A model generated the notes under the pieces. It saw only the letters and a list, made by a program, of their open reading frames with translations, did no database searches and was not told the origin of the DNA. DNA of 40,392 nucleotides, taken from an uncultured Paraprevotella sp. (GTDB lineage Bacteria > Bacteroidota > Bacteroidia > Bacteroidales > Bacteroidaceae). The translations under genes and the position numbers were made by a program. How positions within the stretch are numbered: position 1 is the first letter of the stretch; every line of letters begins with the position of its first letter. Location: positions 1 through 40,392 of the forward strand of contig CAAFWT010000057.1 of the NCBI GenBank assembly GCA_900766785.1. Reading direction: 5' to 3'. Positions 6,446 through 16,731 of the stretch are shown piece by piece.

Positions 6446-9382
6446 ATGAAAAAGAGACTACAGTCCGTGGCTTGCGTGCTGGGAGTGGCACTCTGCTTCA
6501 GCATTATCCTGACTGCTTGCCAGTCTGGCCATGACCCCAGCACCCAGGAAGAACCTGTGCTGGCTGATGACCCCTTGTCCACACACATCTACACCCTGAA
6601 AAATGGTCTGAAGGTTTATCTTACTGTCAATCCCGATGAACCCCGCATCCAGACCTATGTGGCTGTTCGTACCGGCTCCAGGAATGATCCTGCCGAAAGT
6701 ACAGGCCTTGCCCACTATCTGGAACATCTGATGTTCAAGGGCACCACCCGCTTCGGCACAAAGGATTATCAGCAGGAGAAACCATTGCTTGACAGCATCG
6801 AGGCTCAGTATGAGATATATGGCAAGACCACCGATGAGGCTCAGCGTCGCGCCATCTATGCGCGGATAGACAGTTTCAGCTATGAGGCCAGTAAGTATGC
6901 CATTGCCAACGAGTATGACAAGATGATGGCAGGAATAGGGTCCACGGGATCCAATGCCTATACAAGTACGGACGTCACCTGCTATCAGGAGAATATCCCT
7001 TGCCATGCCCTGGAACCATGGGCAATGGTACAGTCGGAGCGCTTCCGCAATATGGTCATCCGAGGTTTCCATACAGAACTGGAGGCAGTATATGAGGAGT
7101 TCAATATGAGTCTTACGAATGATTTCGAGAAGATGAACAATGCCCTCTATGCCATTCTCTTCCCACATCATCCTTACGGAACTCAGACCACCATCGGTAC
7201 GCAGCAGCATCTCAAGAACCCCTCTCTGCGCAACGTCATGCAGTACTATCGCGAATGGTATGTGCCCAACAATGTGGCCATCTGTATGAGTGGCGACCTG
7301 GACCCCGATGAGACAGTGCGTATCATAGAGAAGTATTTCGGAGACTGGCAACCATCCGACAGCCTGCCTAAGCGTATCTTCCCACAGGAGAAACCTCTGG
7401 AGGCGCCTGTAAGCGTGGATGTCGTGGGAATGCAGACTCCCATGGTGGCGCTTGGTTGGAGACTTCCTGCCAAGGCAGATCCACAGTATGGTATCATGTC
7501 GGTAGTACAGCAGATACTCACCAATGGCAAGTGTGGCCTCTTTGATGAGAACCTCAACAATGCCCAGCAGGTCATGCAGGCTATGACCTTCCTGGATGGA
7601 ATGACAGACCAGAGCGCCTTCTGGGCCATCGGTTGCCCCAAGGAAGGACAGTCGCTGGAGGAGGTACGCGACTTGATGCTCAGTCAGGTGCGTCTTCTCG
7701 CTGGTGGAGAGTGGGATGAATCTCTCCTCAAGGGTATCCTCAACAATATGAAACGTCGCCAGCTGGAGGATATGCAGAGCAATGAGATGAGGGCACATCG
7801 TTTCGTGGATGCCTTTGTCTCCGGACAGGAATGGGCTGATGCTGTGGGTGAAATGCAACGGCTTGATACCTTGACCAAGAAGACGGTGGTGGATTGTGCC
7901 CGACGTATGCTTACAGAGGGCTACGGATGTGTATACAAGAGGCAGGGTACTGATACCACGGCACAGAAGATAGACAAACCGAAGATTTCTCCCATAGAGA
8001 CCAACAGAGATCAGGTAAGTGCTTTCGTGGATTCCGTGCTCAAGATGCCTGTGGCCGAGGTGGAACCTGTCTTCGTGGATTTCAGCCGTGAGATTCAGAC
8101 AGGCAAACTGACCGGTGGCAATGAGTTGATCACACACAGAGATATAAACAGCCGTCTCTTCAGTCTCACCTTTGTCATCGAACGAGGCACTAAGGAGGAT
8201 CCCGCATTGGCTGTTGCCGAGCAGTATATGCCTTATCTCGGTACTGATTCCCTGAGTGCCACCGAACTGCAGTCACGTCTGTATGCTCTTGCCTGTGACG
8301 TCTCACTCAGCACGGGAGATGGTCGCACACATCTGTCTATCTCAGGCCTTGCCGAGAATATGGAGGAGGCTTTGCGTCTGGCAGAGAAATGGATTGGTAC
8401 AGCACAGCCCGACACCAATGTGTATGCCCAAGTGGTGAACGATATACTCAAACTGCGCACCGACAACAAGGCTAACCAAAAGTCTTGTTTCCGTGCACTT
8501 TCTCTCTATGGTATCTATGGACCGCACAACGAACTTACCGATGCCCTGGATGCAGAACAGATGAGACAGATGGGGGCAGAAGGCGTGCTTGATCATCTGC
8601 GTTCCCTGAGCGGATACGCCCAGCATGTACTCTACTATGGTCCCCTTGAGACCAATCAAGTATGCCGCTTGGTCAATAAACTACATCCCATGTCGCAAAA
8701 TCCTGTGGCTGCCCATGAAAGTCAGTTCTATACACCTCAGAAGGTGGACCAAGACCAGGTTATCCTGGCACCTTACCAGGCCAAGAATACTCATATGATG
8801 GGCTTCTCATCTCGTGACGAGGCCTTCGACCTGGAGGTTCTGCCCTATGTGGGTATCTTCAATGAGTACTTCGGTGGGGGTATGAACAGCATCGTCTTCC
8901 AGGAATTGCGCGAGTCAAGGGGACTGGCCTACAGTGCAGGTGCCAGCTTCTCCCAGGCTTCCAATGATGCCGACAGAGAGAGGTTCTATACACGCATCAT
9001 CACACAGAATGATAAGGTAAAGGACTGCCTGGAGGTCTTCGATCAGATAGTGGAGCAGATGCCCGTCAGCGAGAGTGCCTTCTCACTGGCACGGGATGCT
9101 GTGCTCAAGCGCCTTGCCACAGAGCGCACTCTGCGTGAGGATGTACTTGAGTGTTATCTCCGCTGTCGTGACAGAGGACTCTCTGAGGATCCCAATAGAA
9201 AGGTGTATGAGCAGGTGAAGACCATGAAGATGGATGACCTGAAGGCATTCCATCAGCGTGAGATAGCCAATCGCAAGTATAGACTCCTGCTTCTGGGAGA
9301 TGAGGCTGACTGGGATATGGATATCCTGCAAAAGCATGGAACCATCCAGCGCGTCTCCCTGGAGGATATCTTTGGATACTGA
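6446..9382 (+). CDS. M16 (pitrilysin/insulinase) family zinc peptidase, lipoprotein
   Basis: Signal peptide with LTAC lipobox and the inverted zinc motif HYLEHLMFKGT (HxxEH). At 978 aa it is a two-module M16 architecture. Confidence 0.9.
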   Translation: MKKRLQSVACVLGVALCFSIILTACQSGHDPSTQEEPVLADDPLSTHIYTLKNGLKVYLTVNPDEPRIQTYVAVRTGSRNDPAESTGLAHYLEHLMFKGTTRFGTKDYQQEKPLLDSIEAQYEIYGKTTDEAQRRAIYARIDSFSYEASKYAIANEYDKMMAGIGSTGSNAYTSTDVTCYQENIPCHALEPWAMVQSERFRNMVIRGFHTELEAVYEEFNMSLTNDFEKMNNALYAILFPHHPYGTQTTIGTQQHLKNPSLRNVMQYYREWYVPNNVAICMSGDLDPDETVRIIEKYFGDWQPSDSLPKRIFPQEKPLEAPVSVDVVGMQTPMVALGWRLPAKADPQYGIMSVVQQILTNGKCGLFDENLNNAQQVMQAMTFLDGMTDQSAFWAIGCPKEGQSLEEVRDLMLSQVRLLAGGEWDESLLKGILNNMKRRQLEDMQSNEMRAHRFVDAFVSGQEWADAVGEMQRLDTLTKKTVVDCARRMLTEGYGCVYKRQGTDTTAQKIDKPKISPIETNRDQVSAFVDSVLKMPVAEVEPVFVDFSREIQTGKLTGGNELITHRDINSRLFSLTFVIERGTKEDPALAVAEQYMPYLGTDSLSATELQSRLYALACDVSLSTGDGRTHLSISGLAENMEEALRLAEKWIGTAQPDTNVYAQVVNDILKLRTDNKANQKSCFRALSLYGIYGPHNELTDALDAEQMRQMGAEGVLDHLRSLSGYAQHVLYYGPLETNQVCRLVNKLHPMSQNPVAAHESQFYTPQKVDQDQVILAPYQAKNTHMMGFSSRDEAFDLEVLPYVGIFNEYFGGGMNSIVFQELRESRGLAYSAGASFSQASNDADRERFYTRIITQNDKVKDCLEVFDQIVEQMPVSESAFSLARDAVLKRLATERTLREDVLECYLRCRDRGLSEDPNRKVYEQVKTMKMDDLKAFHQREIANRKYRLLLLGDEADWDMDILQKHGTIQRVSLEDIFGY

Positions 9383-9406
9383 TTTCTCAGACAATATTAG
9401 ACAAAC

Positions 9407-9456
9407 AGAGGTTTCCTCCTGACGCTTAGAGTGTTGGGTGGAAACCTTTTCGCTTT
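9407..9456 (+). terminator. Candidate intrinsic terminator after the M16 peptidase gene
   Basis: An 8-10-bp stem (AGGTTTCC 9409-9416 / GGAAACCT 9440-9447) is followed by TTTTCGCTTT. The 23-nt loop is long, so this call is weak. Confidence 0.4.
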
Positions 9457-12405
9457 ATGATAAATATGAATACTGCAAGAAAAATGAGCCAGCTCCTGGT
9501 GGCACTTCTGGTGGCTGTCGGAGCATATGGACAGACCTCATCAGTCTTTGTCAGTGATACTGCACAGGCCACGCCCTGCTTCCTGCAATTTGCCAACAGT
9601 CATCTCGTCATGGCTTCGGTGGGTGAGGGAAAGAGTCTTCAGACGCTCAGAATGAAAGTTCATGACAGAAACCAGCATTGGTATGCGGTGGGCACGGAGG
9701 AGTGCTTCCAGATGGTCAATGGACAGGGATTGTATGTGGTGTATGCCGGTGAACGTTTTCAGACATCTTCTCGTCCTGATTCCAAAGGCTTTGCCCTGAT
9801 GCGTACTGCCAGCAACAGATATGCCGATGCATGTGAACTTCGCTGGCTGGGTGCCCAGACAGAGCTTGACCGTGTCAATCAGCATGGTGGAACAGGAGTT
9901 GGGACCACATTGGCCTTGTGGTCGGCAGGAGATGTCAACAATGCCTGCCAGTTGATACCCATCAATGAAGTGGAGCAACCCGAATATCTGGTGGTGGGAC
10001 GACGGAAGTTCACTCCAGAGCATCCGCTCACCTTCTGGTATCGTCAGCCAGCCACCTCTTCCATGTGTGAGGATACATGGATGGAGTATGCCTTGCCTAT
10101 CGGAAATGGTCAGTTTGGCGCGTGCCTGATGGGAGGTGTGAAGCAGGATGAAATCCAATTCAACGAAAAGACTCTATGGGAGGGTACTCCCCACGATATG
10201 GGAAACACCAACCAGTATGGGTCATATAAGAATTTCGGTTCTGTCCTGGTGAGAGACCTTTCGGGAATATTCGGGACAGAGCAGGGAAGTGAGGTGCGCG
10301 ATTATGTGCGTTATCTGGACATTCAGACAGGCGTGGGAGGAGTGGACTTCTATTCTGCTGACTTGACCACTCTGTTTGACCGTCGCTACTTCGCCTCTCA
10401 TCCCGATGGCGTGGTGGTGGCAAGGTATCGTGCTACAGGTAATTTCTCTCTGGATCTTCTCTTCTCTCTGAAGCCTGGTTCTGATATAGGAGCAAGTCCT
10501 GTCACCTATACTCCCGACGGCTATGCTTCCTTCTCGGGAAAACTGAAGACGGTAAGTCATCATGCCTGTCTGCGTGTTGTCCCCCAGGGAGTGCATGCTC
10601 GCATGGAGCGGACAGACCAGGGCATTCGTGTATATGGAACTCAAGAGGTCCTGGTCGTTCTGGGGGGCGCAACCGATTATGATGCCTATTCTCCATCGCT
10701 GATTTCCGGCACGGACCAACTGCAGACTCTGGTGCGAGACCGCGTCAATAAGGCCGCTTCATGTGGATGGCACGAGTTGATGAAACGTCATCTGGAGGAC
10801 TTCACCAATCTTCAGGGAAGAGTGGTCTTCCAGATAGATGGTGCTGCCACCAGTCTGCCCACAGACAGCCTGATAGATGCCTATAATCATCCCAAGTATA
10901 ATGTGACAGGAAAGGAGCCCGATGTGCTTTTCCTGGAACAACTGTATTTTGCTTATGGACGTTACTTGATGATCAGTTCCAGTCGTGGCGTTGACCTTCC
11001 CAGCAACCTGCAGGGAATCTGGAACAACCGCAGTTATGCAGCATGGAATTCAGATATCCATTCCAATATCAATGTTCAGATGAACTATTGGCCAGCCGAG
11101 CCAACCAATCTGGGTGAATTGCATCTGCCCTTCATCAACTATGTAATCAACATGGCAGGCCGGGACAACTGGAAGAGAGCCGCCCGGGAATATGGAGGAG
11201 TGAAGAATGGATGGACATGCTTTACCGAGAACAATATTTTCGGTGGAATGAGTCTTTGGGGGAACAACTATTTCGTGGCCAATGCCTGGTACTGCAGCCA
11301 TATATGGCAACATTACCGCTATACCCTTGACAAGGATTTCCTCTTGAGAGCTTTCCCCACTCTGTGGAGTTGTGCACAGTTCTGGATGGAGAGAATGATA
11401 GATGATCGTGGTTGTCCCGAACTGGGTATTAAGCCCGATGGAACTTTCGTGGCTCCCGATGAGTTCAGTGCCGAGCAAGGCGATCATCCTCGTGAGGATG
11501 GAACGGCTCATGCTCAGCAACTCATATATGCCCTTCTCTCCAGTGTACGGCAGAGTGTGGATATACTCTCTCCAGAGGTTGTGGGACTTTCGTCGGATGA
11601 TCTTGCACGTCTGGACTTATTCCTGGAACGAACAGACCGTGGCCTGCATACCGAGATATACACTGCTAACAGCAAGGCGCATGCGGCCTGGACAAATCCT
11701 CGCTTTGGTGTGCATCGAGGCGATACATTGCTCAGGGAGTGGAAGTATGCCACTTATGATGTGAGTCTCGATCCCTCGCATCGTCATCTGAGTCATCTCA
11801 TGGCTCTGTATCCTCTCTCTCAGATAGGTCCCCGCAGTCCTTACTTCTCACCCGCAGTACGCTCCTTATGCCTCAGAGGCGATCAGGCCACAGGTTGGAG
11901 TATGGGATGGAAAGTGTGTCTGTGGGCAAGGGCATTGGATGGGGCTCATGCTCACGGCATCATACACAACGCACTCAAGCACTCCACGGGCTACGATGTG
12001 GACTGGCGACAGGGAGGCATTTATTATAACCTTTTTGATTCGCATGCACCATTTCAGATTGATGGCAACTTCGGAACATGTGCGGGAATAGCAGAGATGC
12101 TCCTGCAGAGTCATACGGATACGCTCCAGTTCCTGCCTGCCTTGCCCCAAGAATGGTCATCAGGCCATATACTGGGTCTGAGAGCTGTCAATAATTTCCA
12201 GGTTGACCAGTACTGGAAGGATGGACGTCTGCAGCTGGCAGTAATCCGAAGCGGGTCGGGCAAGCCATGCCCCGTGTTCTATCCTGGCATAGGCAGATAT
12301 CATGTATATGGTCCTGACGGATTGCCTCTGCAGGGTATGTCGGTAGGAGCGGATACTCTGCTTATTCCCACAGAACCAGGGTGCACCTATACCATCCGAC
12401 CATAA
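9457..12405 (+). CDS. GH95 family glycoside hydrolase (alpha-L-fucosidase type) with ~190-aa N-terminal extension
   Basis: Signal peptide, then from about residue 190 the blocks FWYRQPA, ALPIGNGQFGACLMGG, IQFNEKTLWEG, NLQGIWN, NVQMNYWPAE and FQIDGNFG, which I associate with GH95. Confidence 0.85.
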   Translation: MINMNTARKMSQLLVALLVAVGAYGQTSSVFVSDTAQATPCFLQFANSHLVMASVGEGKSLQTLRMKVHDRNQHWYAVGTEECFQMVNGQGLYVVYAGERFQTSSRPDSKGFALMRTASNRYADACELRWLGAQTELDRVNQHGGTGVGTTLALWSAGDVNNACQLIPINEVEQPEYLVVGRRKFTPEHPLTFWYRQPATSSMCEDTWMEYALPIGNGQFGACLMGGVKQDEIQFNEKTLWEGTPHDMGNTNQYGSYKNFGSVLVRDLSGIFGTEQGSEVRDYVRYLDIQTGVGGVDFYSADLTTLFDRRYFASHPDGVVVARYRATGNFSLDLLFSLKPGSDIGASPVTYTPDGYASFSGKLKTVSHHACLRVVPQGVHARMERTDQGIRVYGTQEVLVVLGGATDYDAYSPSLISGTDQLQTLVRDRVNKAASCGWHELMKRHLEDFTNLQGRVVFQIDGAATSLPTDSLIDAYNHPKYNVTGKEPDVLFLEQLYFAYGRYLMISSSRGVDLPSNLQGIWNNRSYAAWNSDIHSNINVQMNYWPAEPTNLGELHLPFINYVINMAGRDNWKRAAREYGGVKNGWTCFTENNIFGGMSLWGNNYFVANAWYCSHIWQHYRYTLDKDFLLRAFPTLWSCAQFWMERMIDDRGCPELGIKPDGTFVAPDEFSAEQGDHPREDGTAHAQQLIYALLSSVRQSVDILSPEVVGLSSDDLARLDLFLERTDRGLHTEIYTANSKAHAAWTNPRFGVHRGDTLLREWKYATYDVSLDPSHRHLSHLMALYPLSQIGPRSPYFSPAVRSLCLRGDQATGWSMGWKVCLWARALDGAHAHGIIHNALKHSTGYDVDWRQGGIYYNLFDSHAPFQIDGNFGTCAGIAEMLLQSHTDTLQFLPALPQEWSSGHILGLRAVNNFQVDQYWKDGRLQLAVIRSGSGKPCPVFYPGIGRYHVYGPDGLPLQGMSVGADTLLIPTEPGCTYTIRP

Positions 12406-12468
12406 GTTTATACAGTCAGCAATGATGCACTGGCAACTCTATTTAGCCGATATACCAAAATAAATGGC

Positions 12469-12476
12469 TACCTTTG
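12469..12476 (+). promoter_or_regulatory. -7 promoter box (TACCTTTG)
   Basis: Matches TAnnTTTG 27 nt upstream of the ATG at 12503. It lies inside the track ORF that starts at 12464, which argues for the downstream start. Confidence 0.5.
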
Positions 12477-12502
12477 CACATCATATAAAAATACATAACA
12501 AT

Positions 12503-13102
12503 ATGACACCAGAAGCAGATAACAAGTTCATAAGTGTCTCATACAAGCTTTATGCGCATACACAGGATGCCGAAGCACAACTGATAGAAGAGGCCACTTC
12601 AGAGAATCCATTTGAGTTTATCACCGGATTGGGCATGACGCTCGATGACTTTGAGAAGGAGATACTGCCCTTGTCTGAAGGTGCACCTTTTGACTTTACT
12701 CTCTCTGTGGCCCAAGCCTATGGAGAGTATGACCCTCACGGTCGCCAGGAAGTGCCCCGTAGCATGTTTGAGATAGATGGCAAACTGGATTCTCGATATA
12801 TTTACGAAGGAGCTGTTGTACCTCTGCAGGACAGTGAGGGACATCGTTTCAACGGTCTCATTGCCCTCATCCAGGACAGCACGGTAGTGGTAGACCTCAA
12901 TCATCCTTTGGCAGGAAAGGCCCTTCAGTTTGTGGGCAAGGTGGAGCAAACACGTCCTGCCACCACTCAGGAGATAAAGGACTCACTCATGCTTCTCTCC
13001 GGAGAAGGCGGATGTGGAGGTTGCGGCTGTTCGAGTGGTTGTGGCGAGGGTGAATGTGGTTCAGGTTGCCAAGGCTGTTCCGGCGGTTGCGGTCAGGAGT
13101 GA
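12503..13102 (+). CDS. slyD: FKBP-type peptidyl-prolyl isomerase, SlyD-like, with Cys/Gly-rich metal-binding tail
   Basis: An FKBP core with inserted flap domain (VSYKLY...FEFITG...LNHPLAGK.L.F) is followed by a 33-aa tail carrying 10 Cys. Confidence 0.85.
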   Translation: MTPEADNKFISVSYKLYAHTQDAEAQLIEEATSENPFEFITGLGMTLDDFEKEILPLSEGAPFDFTLSVAQAYGEYDPHGRQEVPRSMFEIDGKLDSRYIYEGAVVPLQDSEGHRFNGLIALIQDSTVVVDLNHPLAGKALQFVGKVEQTRPATTQEIKDSLMLLSGEGGCGGCGCSSGCGEGECGSGCQGCSGGCGQE

Positions 13103-13154
13103 TGCTGGCATTCTGAGTTGACAAGAGAAGAAGAGGTTGGGAAGAGGAACAGAG

Positions 13155-14237
13155 ATGAATACATTTGGCAATATCTTTCGGCTGACAACGTTCGGCGAGA
13201 GTCATGGAGGAGCCATAGGAGGTGTGATAGATGGAATGCCAGCAGGGATTCCTGTTGATATTGATTTAGTTCAGAGAGAATTGGACAGGCGTCGTCCTGG
13301 GCAGAGCCCACTCACCACATCCCGTAAGGAGAGCGACCGTGTGGAAATCCTCAGCGGTGTCTTTGAAGGTTATACCACAGGATGCCCAATAGGTTTCCTG
13401 GTGCGTAATGATAATCAGCGGAGCCAGGATTATGAAAACATGCGTCACCTCTTCCGCCCCAGTCATGCAGATTATACATATACACAGAAATATGGCATCC
13501 GTGACCATCGTGGAGGAGGACGCAGTTCAGCACGCGAGACCATAAGTCGAGTAGTGGGAGGAGCTTTTGCTCGTATGTTGCTTCATCAGCAGGGTGTCAC
13601 CATTCAGGCATATACCCAGCAGGTGGGCAATATCCTCCTTCCAGGGACATATGCCGACCACGACCTCTCTCTCATAGATAGCAACGACGTTCGCTGCCCC
13701 GATGCAGGTGTGGCAGAACAGATGGCCAGTCTCATTCGTCAGGTCAAGGCAGACGGTGATACCATAGGTGGAGTCATTGCCTGTGTCATCAAGGGATGTC
13801 CCGTAGGATGGGGTGAGCCTGCCTTCGGCAAACTGCACGCTCTCTTGGGAGCAGCCATGTTGAGTATCAATGCTGCCAAGGGGTTTGAATACGGACAGGG
13901 ATTTGCAGGAGTGAGTCAGAGAGGCAGCGAACAGAATGATATCTTTGTGCCTGATGGAAGAGGTGGAATCACCACGTCAACAAACAATAGCGGTGGCATA
14001 CAGGGAGGCATCTCCAATGGTCAGGATATCTATTTCCGGGTAGCATTCAAACCCGTTGCCACCATCCTCAGACCCCAGACCACCGTCACCGAAGACGGAC
14101 TTCCTGCCACACTTACCGCCCGCGGACGTCATGACCCATGTGTGCTTCCCCGAGCAGTGCCCGTGGTGGAAGCCATGGCAGCCATGGTACTTGCCGACTG
14201 TTATCTGATGAACAGGTCTGCCCAGATGGGGAGATGA
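13155..14237 (+). CDS. aroC: Chorismate synthase
   Basis: [27 protein letters not shown]..., [16 protein letters not shown] and RHDPCV are canonical AroC blocks. Confidence 0.95.
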   Translation: MNTFGNIFRLTTFGESHGGAIGGVIDGMPAGIPVDIDLVQRELDRRRPGQSPLTTSRKESDRVEILSGVFEGYTTGCPIGFLVRNDNQRSQDYENMRHLFRPSHADYTYTQKYGIRDHRGGGRSSARETISRVVGGAFARMLLHQQGVTIQAYTQQVGNILLPGTYADHDLSLIDSNDVRCPDAGVAEQMASLIRQVKADGDTIGGVIACVIKGCPVGWGEPAFGKLHALLGAAMLSINAAKGFEYGQGFAGVSQRGSEQNDIFVPDGRGGITTSTNNSGGIQGGISNGQDIYFRVAFKPVATILRPQTTVTEDGLPATLTARGRHDPCVLPRAVPVVEAMAAMVLADCYLMNRSAQMGR

Positions 14238-15151
14238 TCGGATATTCCTCCCTGATAACTGGGACCTAAGAAGGTGCGATACGGCACACCTCCTCTGGTG
14301 AGAAGGAACGGCAAGCGCCCCACGGTGATGCGCTCACTGCAGTATGGACTGAGACTCTTACTGACCAATATGTGGTCAATGTATTCCCATAAGCCCCGGT
14401 AACAATAGGTTCCCTGGGGCTTTCTCTTTTCTTTCCGTCCGGTTGGCGTCAGCAGGACCATCCTCTCTACTATATCTCGGAGAGCAGGGTCATCGGCATT
14501 GGCATTGAAATCCCCCATGACCAATATCTTCTCATCTCCTATGCCCTCCAGCAATGTGCACAGGGTCTCTACAGCAAGTTTGCGGTGCAGTGCTGATGTG
14601 CGTGTTCCGCCAGCCCGGCTTGGGAAGTGTATGCAGATGACATGCAGCGTGTCTCCTCCTGCAAGCACACCCCAGCAGTGGAGCAGGTCTCGTGTGGCGC
14701 GCATCTTGTATTCTTCTGAGGGAACCCGAATGGATTCACTTCCCAACAGACCGAACAGGTGTGGCTGATAGAGCAAGGCACAGTCTATTCCTCTGACGTC
14801 GGGACCTTCGTAATGAACATAGGCATAGTTGGCCACACGTAAAGGACTCCTTCGTGTGAGGTCGCGCAGTACGGTGTCGTTTTCCACCTCACCTAACCCT
14901 ATCAGCATGGGCCATTCTGTATCATTCGGACATAGGGCGGCCAGAGTGCGTGAGATGTTGTCCATCTTATGCCAGTAACGACGGGGAGTCCAGCGATGAC
15001 TGCCCTGAGGGAGAAAGTCATAGTCCTGACGCAGGGTGTCATGGCTGCAATCAAAGAGGTTCTCTACATTCCACCATACAACTCGTTGGGCCCATGATGG
15101 GAATGAGATAAGGAGAAGAAGGATGGCGAGGAGTCGGAAATGACTGTTCAT
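14201..15151 (-). CDS. Endonuclease/exonuclease/phosphatase (EEP) family protein, secreted
   Basis: Signal peptide, an N-terminal WWNVENLF motif and a C-terminal SDHLPIW motif. Its 3' end overlaps the aroC 3' end by 37 nt (convergent). Confidence 0.8.
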   Translation of the reverse strand: MNSHFRLLAILLLLISFPSWAQRVVWWNVENLFDCSHDTLRQDYDFLPQGSHRWTPRRYWHKMDNISRTLAALCPNDTEWPMLIGLGEVENDTVLRDLTRRSPLRVANYAYVHYEGPDVRGIDCALLYQPHLFGLLGSESIRVPSEEYKMRATRDLLHCWGVLAGGDTLHVICIHFPSRAGGTRTSALHRKLAVETLCTLLEGIGDEKILVMGDFNANADDPALRDIVERMVLLTPTGRKEKRKPQGTYCYRGLWEYIDHILVSKSLSPYCSERITVGRLPFLLTRGGVPYRTFLGPSYQGGISDHLPIWADLFIR

Positions 15152-15876
15152 TGGAGTTTGAGTGCAGGTCGGTACTTTTTCATCTCTTTCTCAAGAGCAT
15201 GCGAAACACCATTCACAGCCTTGTCAAGCAAGGCATGGAAACGTGGTCCATGATTCATCTCTTGCAGATGAGTGAGTTCGTGGTGTATGATGAAGTCTTG
15301 CAGATGCGAAGGCAAGAGCATGAGATAGAGGCTCAGATGGATATTTCCCATGGTACTGCAGCTACCCCAGCGAGAGGTGGTGCGGTGGATGGAGACCTTA
15401 CGGGGAGTGAGACCACGCTGTGAGGCCAAAGCTTCCAGGCGGGGTATAAGCATCCTTTTGGCGCGTCTCCTCAGACTCTCTTCCACCACATGGGTAAGCC
15501 ATTGCTGAAGCGAAGGGTCCTGCCAGTCGAGCTCTGCGGGATAGAGGAAGACGATACCCTGAGCATTCTCCGTCACTCGGGGTCTTCCGTCGGCTTGCCT
15601 GCAGGAGAAGGCGAACCCATCTACCTGTACGGTACTCGTGGGCGTGAATATGGAGGAGAGGTGTGATGCCTTGCCTCTCTGCACCAGTCCGCTAAGCCTT
15701 TCCTTCATCTCTTCTGCCACTTGGGAAACCTTCTGCAGGGTGGTGCAGGGTGGTGCTGTGCATATCAGCTGGCCATTGTCATAGCGGAATATGATTCTTC
15801 GTGCCCGTGCATTATAGCGTACGAGTATCTCTCCCAAGGTGGAATTGTGAAGGATGCTGGCTGGCCTTTCTCTCAT
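15148..15876 (-). CDS. DUF45 / YgjP-like (M48-related) zinc metallopeptidase
   Basis: SRWGSCS...IHLSLYLMLLP...IHHELTHLQEMNHGPRFHALL contains HExxH. It shares an ATGA overlap with the downstream EEP gene. Confidence 0.85.
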   Translation of the reverse strand: MRERPASILHNSTLGEILVRYNARARRIIFRYDNGQLICTAPPCTTLQKVSQVAEEMKERLSGLVQRGKASHLSSIFTPTSTVQVDGFAFSCRQADGRPRVTENAQGIVFLYPAELDWQDPSLQQWLTHVVEESLRRRAKRMLIPRLEALASQRGLTPRKVSIHRTTSRWGSCSTMGNIHLSLYLMLLPSHLQDFIIHHELTHLQEMNHGPRFHALLDKAVNGVSHALEKEMKKYRPALKLQ

Positions 15877-15906
15877 TATAATATATATAATGTATGGGTG
15901 AGAAGG

Positions 15907-16725
15907 TTATTCCTCGTTCTGGTTGTTCTGTTCCTGTCTTTGTCTGACAGCCTCAAAGAGAAGGATGGCAGCGCTTACAGACACATTGAGGCTGTCCAGG
16001 TTGCCCAGCATGGGGATGCGTATATGGGCATGGGCAGCCTGACGCCATACGGAGGTGAGACCCGTGGATTCTGTACCCATCACGATGGCTGTTCCTTCGG
16101 TCATGGGGGTGTGATAGTACAGGTGTGAATCCTGAAGTTGGGCAGTGAGAATCTGTATGCCGTGGGATTGCAGGAACTCTATGCACTGGGCCGAACTGCA
16201 TGCTACACATGGGACTGTGAAGATGGCTCCCAGAGAGGATCGTATCAGATTGGGGTTGTAGATGTCGGTAAGTGGATCGCAAACGATGACCGCATCGGCC
16301 TGGGCAGCATCGGCACTTCGGAGTACAGCTCCCAGATTACCCGGTTTCTCTACACTCTCCAGTACGATGATGAGAGGGTTGGGTGGCAGATGCAAGTCAG
16401 TGAGTTGCATGAAACGGCTTTCCACGATGGCCACTACGCCCTCTGTGCTGCCCCGGTAAGCAATGCGCTCATACACTTCCGCATTTACGGGAATGATGGT
16501 GGTCTCCCTGGGCATAGGTGGCAGACTGATAGCCGACTCCCCCTGGCGTACAAATATACTCTCCACCTGATAGCCAGCCTGTATGCAATGCATCAGTTCG
16601 CGGTATCCTTCCACTACAAATCGGTTTTCGGACCTGCGTACCTGTGACTTCTGCTGCAGGGAGAGCAATCGCTTTATCTTTGGATTCCTCTGGCTGCTGA
16701 TGATATCTGTTTGCTCTCTCTCCAT
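15907..16725 (-). CDS. TrmH/SpoU-family RNA 2'-O-methyltransferase
   Basis: SpoU motifs are present: LESVEKPGNLGAVLRSADA, IVMGTESTGL and IPMLGNLDSLNVSVSAAILLFE. Confidence 0.85.
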   Translation of the reverse strand: MEREQTDIISSQRNPKIKRLLSLQQKSQVRRSENRFVVEGYRELMHCIQAGYQVESIFVRQGESAISLPPMPRETTIIPVNAEVYERIAYRGSTEGVVAIVESRFMQLTDLHLPPNPLIIVLESVEKPGNLGAVLRSADAAQADAVIVCDPLTDIYNPNLIRSSLGAIFTVPCVACSSAQCIEFLQSHGIQILTAQLQDSHLYYHTPMTEGTAIVMGTESTGLTSVWRQAAHAHIRIPMLGNLDSLNVSVSAAILLFEAVRQRQEQNNQNEE

Positions 16726-16731
16726 GAATGA

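Noticed and set aside
14201-16725. The EEP nuclease + DUF45 metallopeptidase + SpoU methylase cluster as a possible defence or restriction-like module.
   Set aside because: The EEP protein carries a secretion signal, so it is not cytoplasmic. There is no ATPase, methyltransferase specificity subunit or other defence hallmark. The genes look like ordinary conserved housekeeping neighbours.
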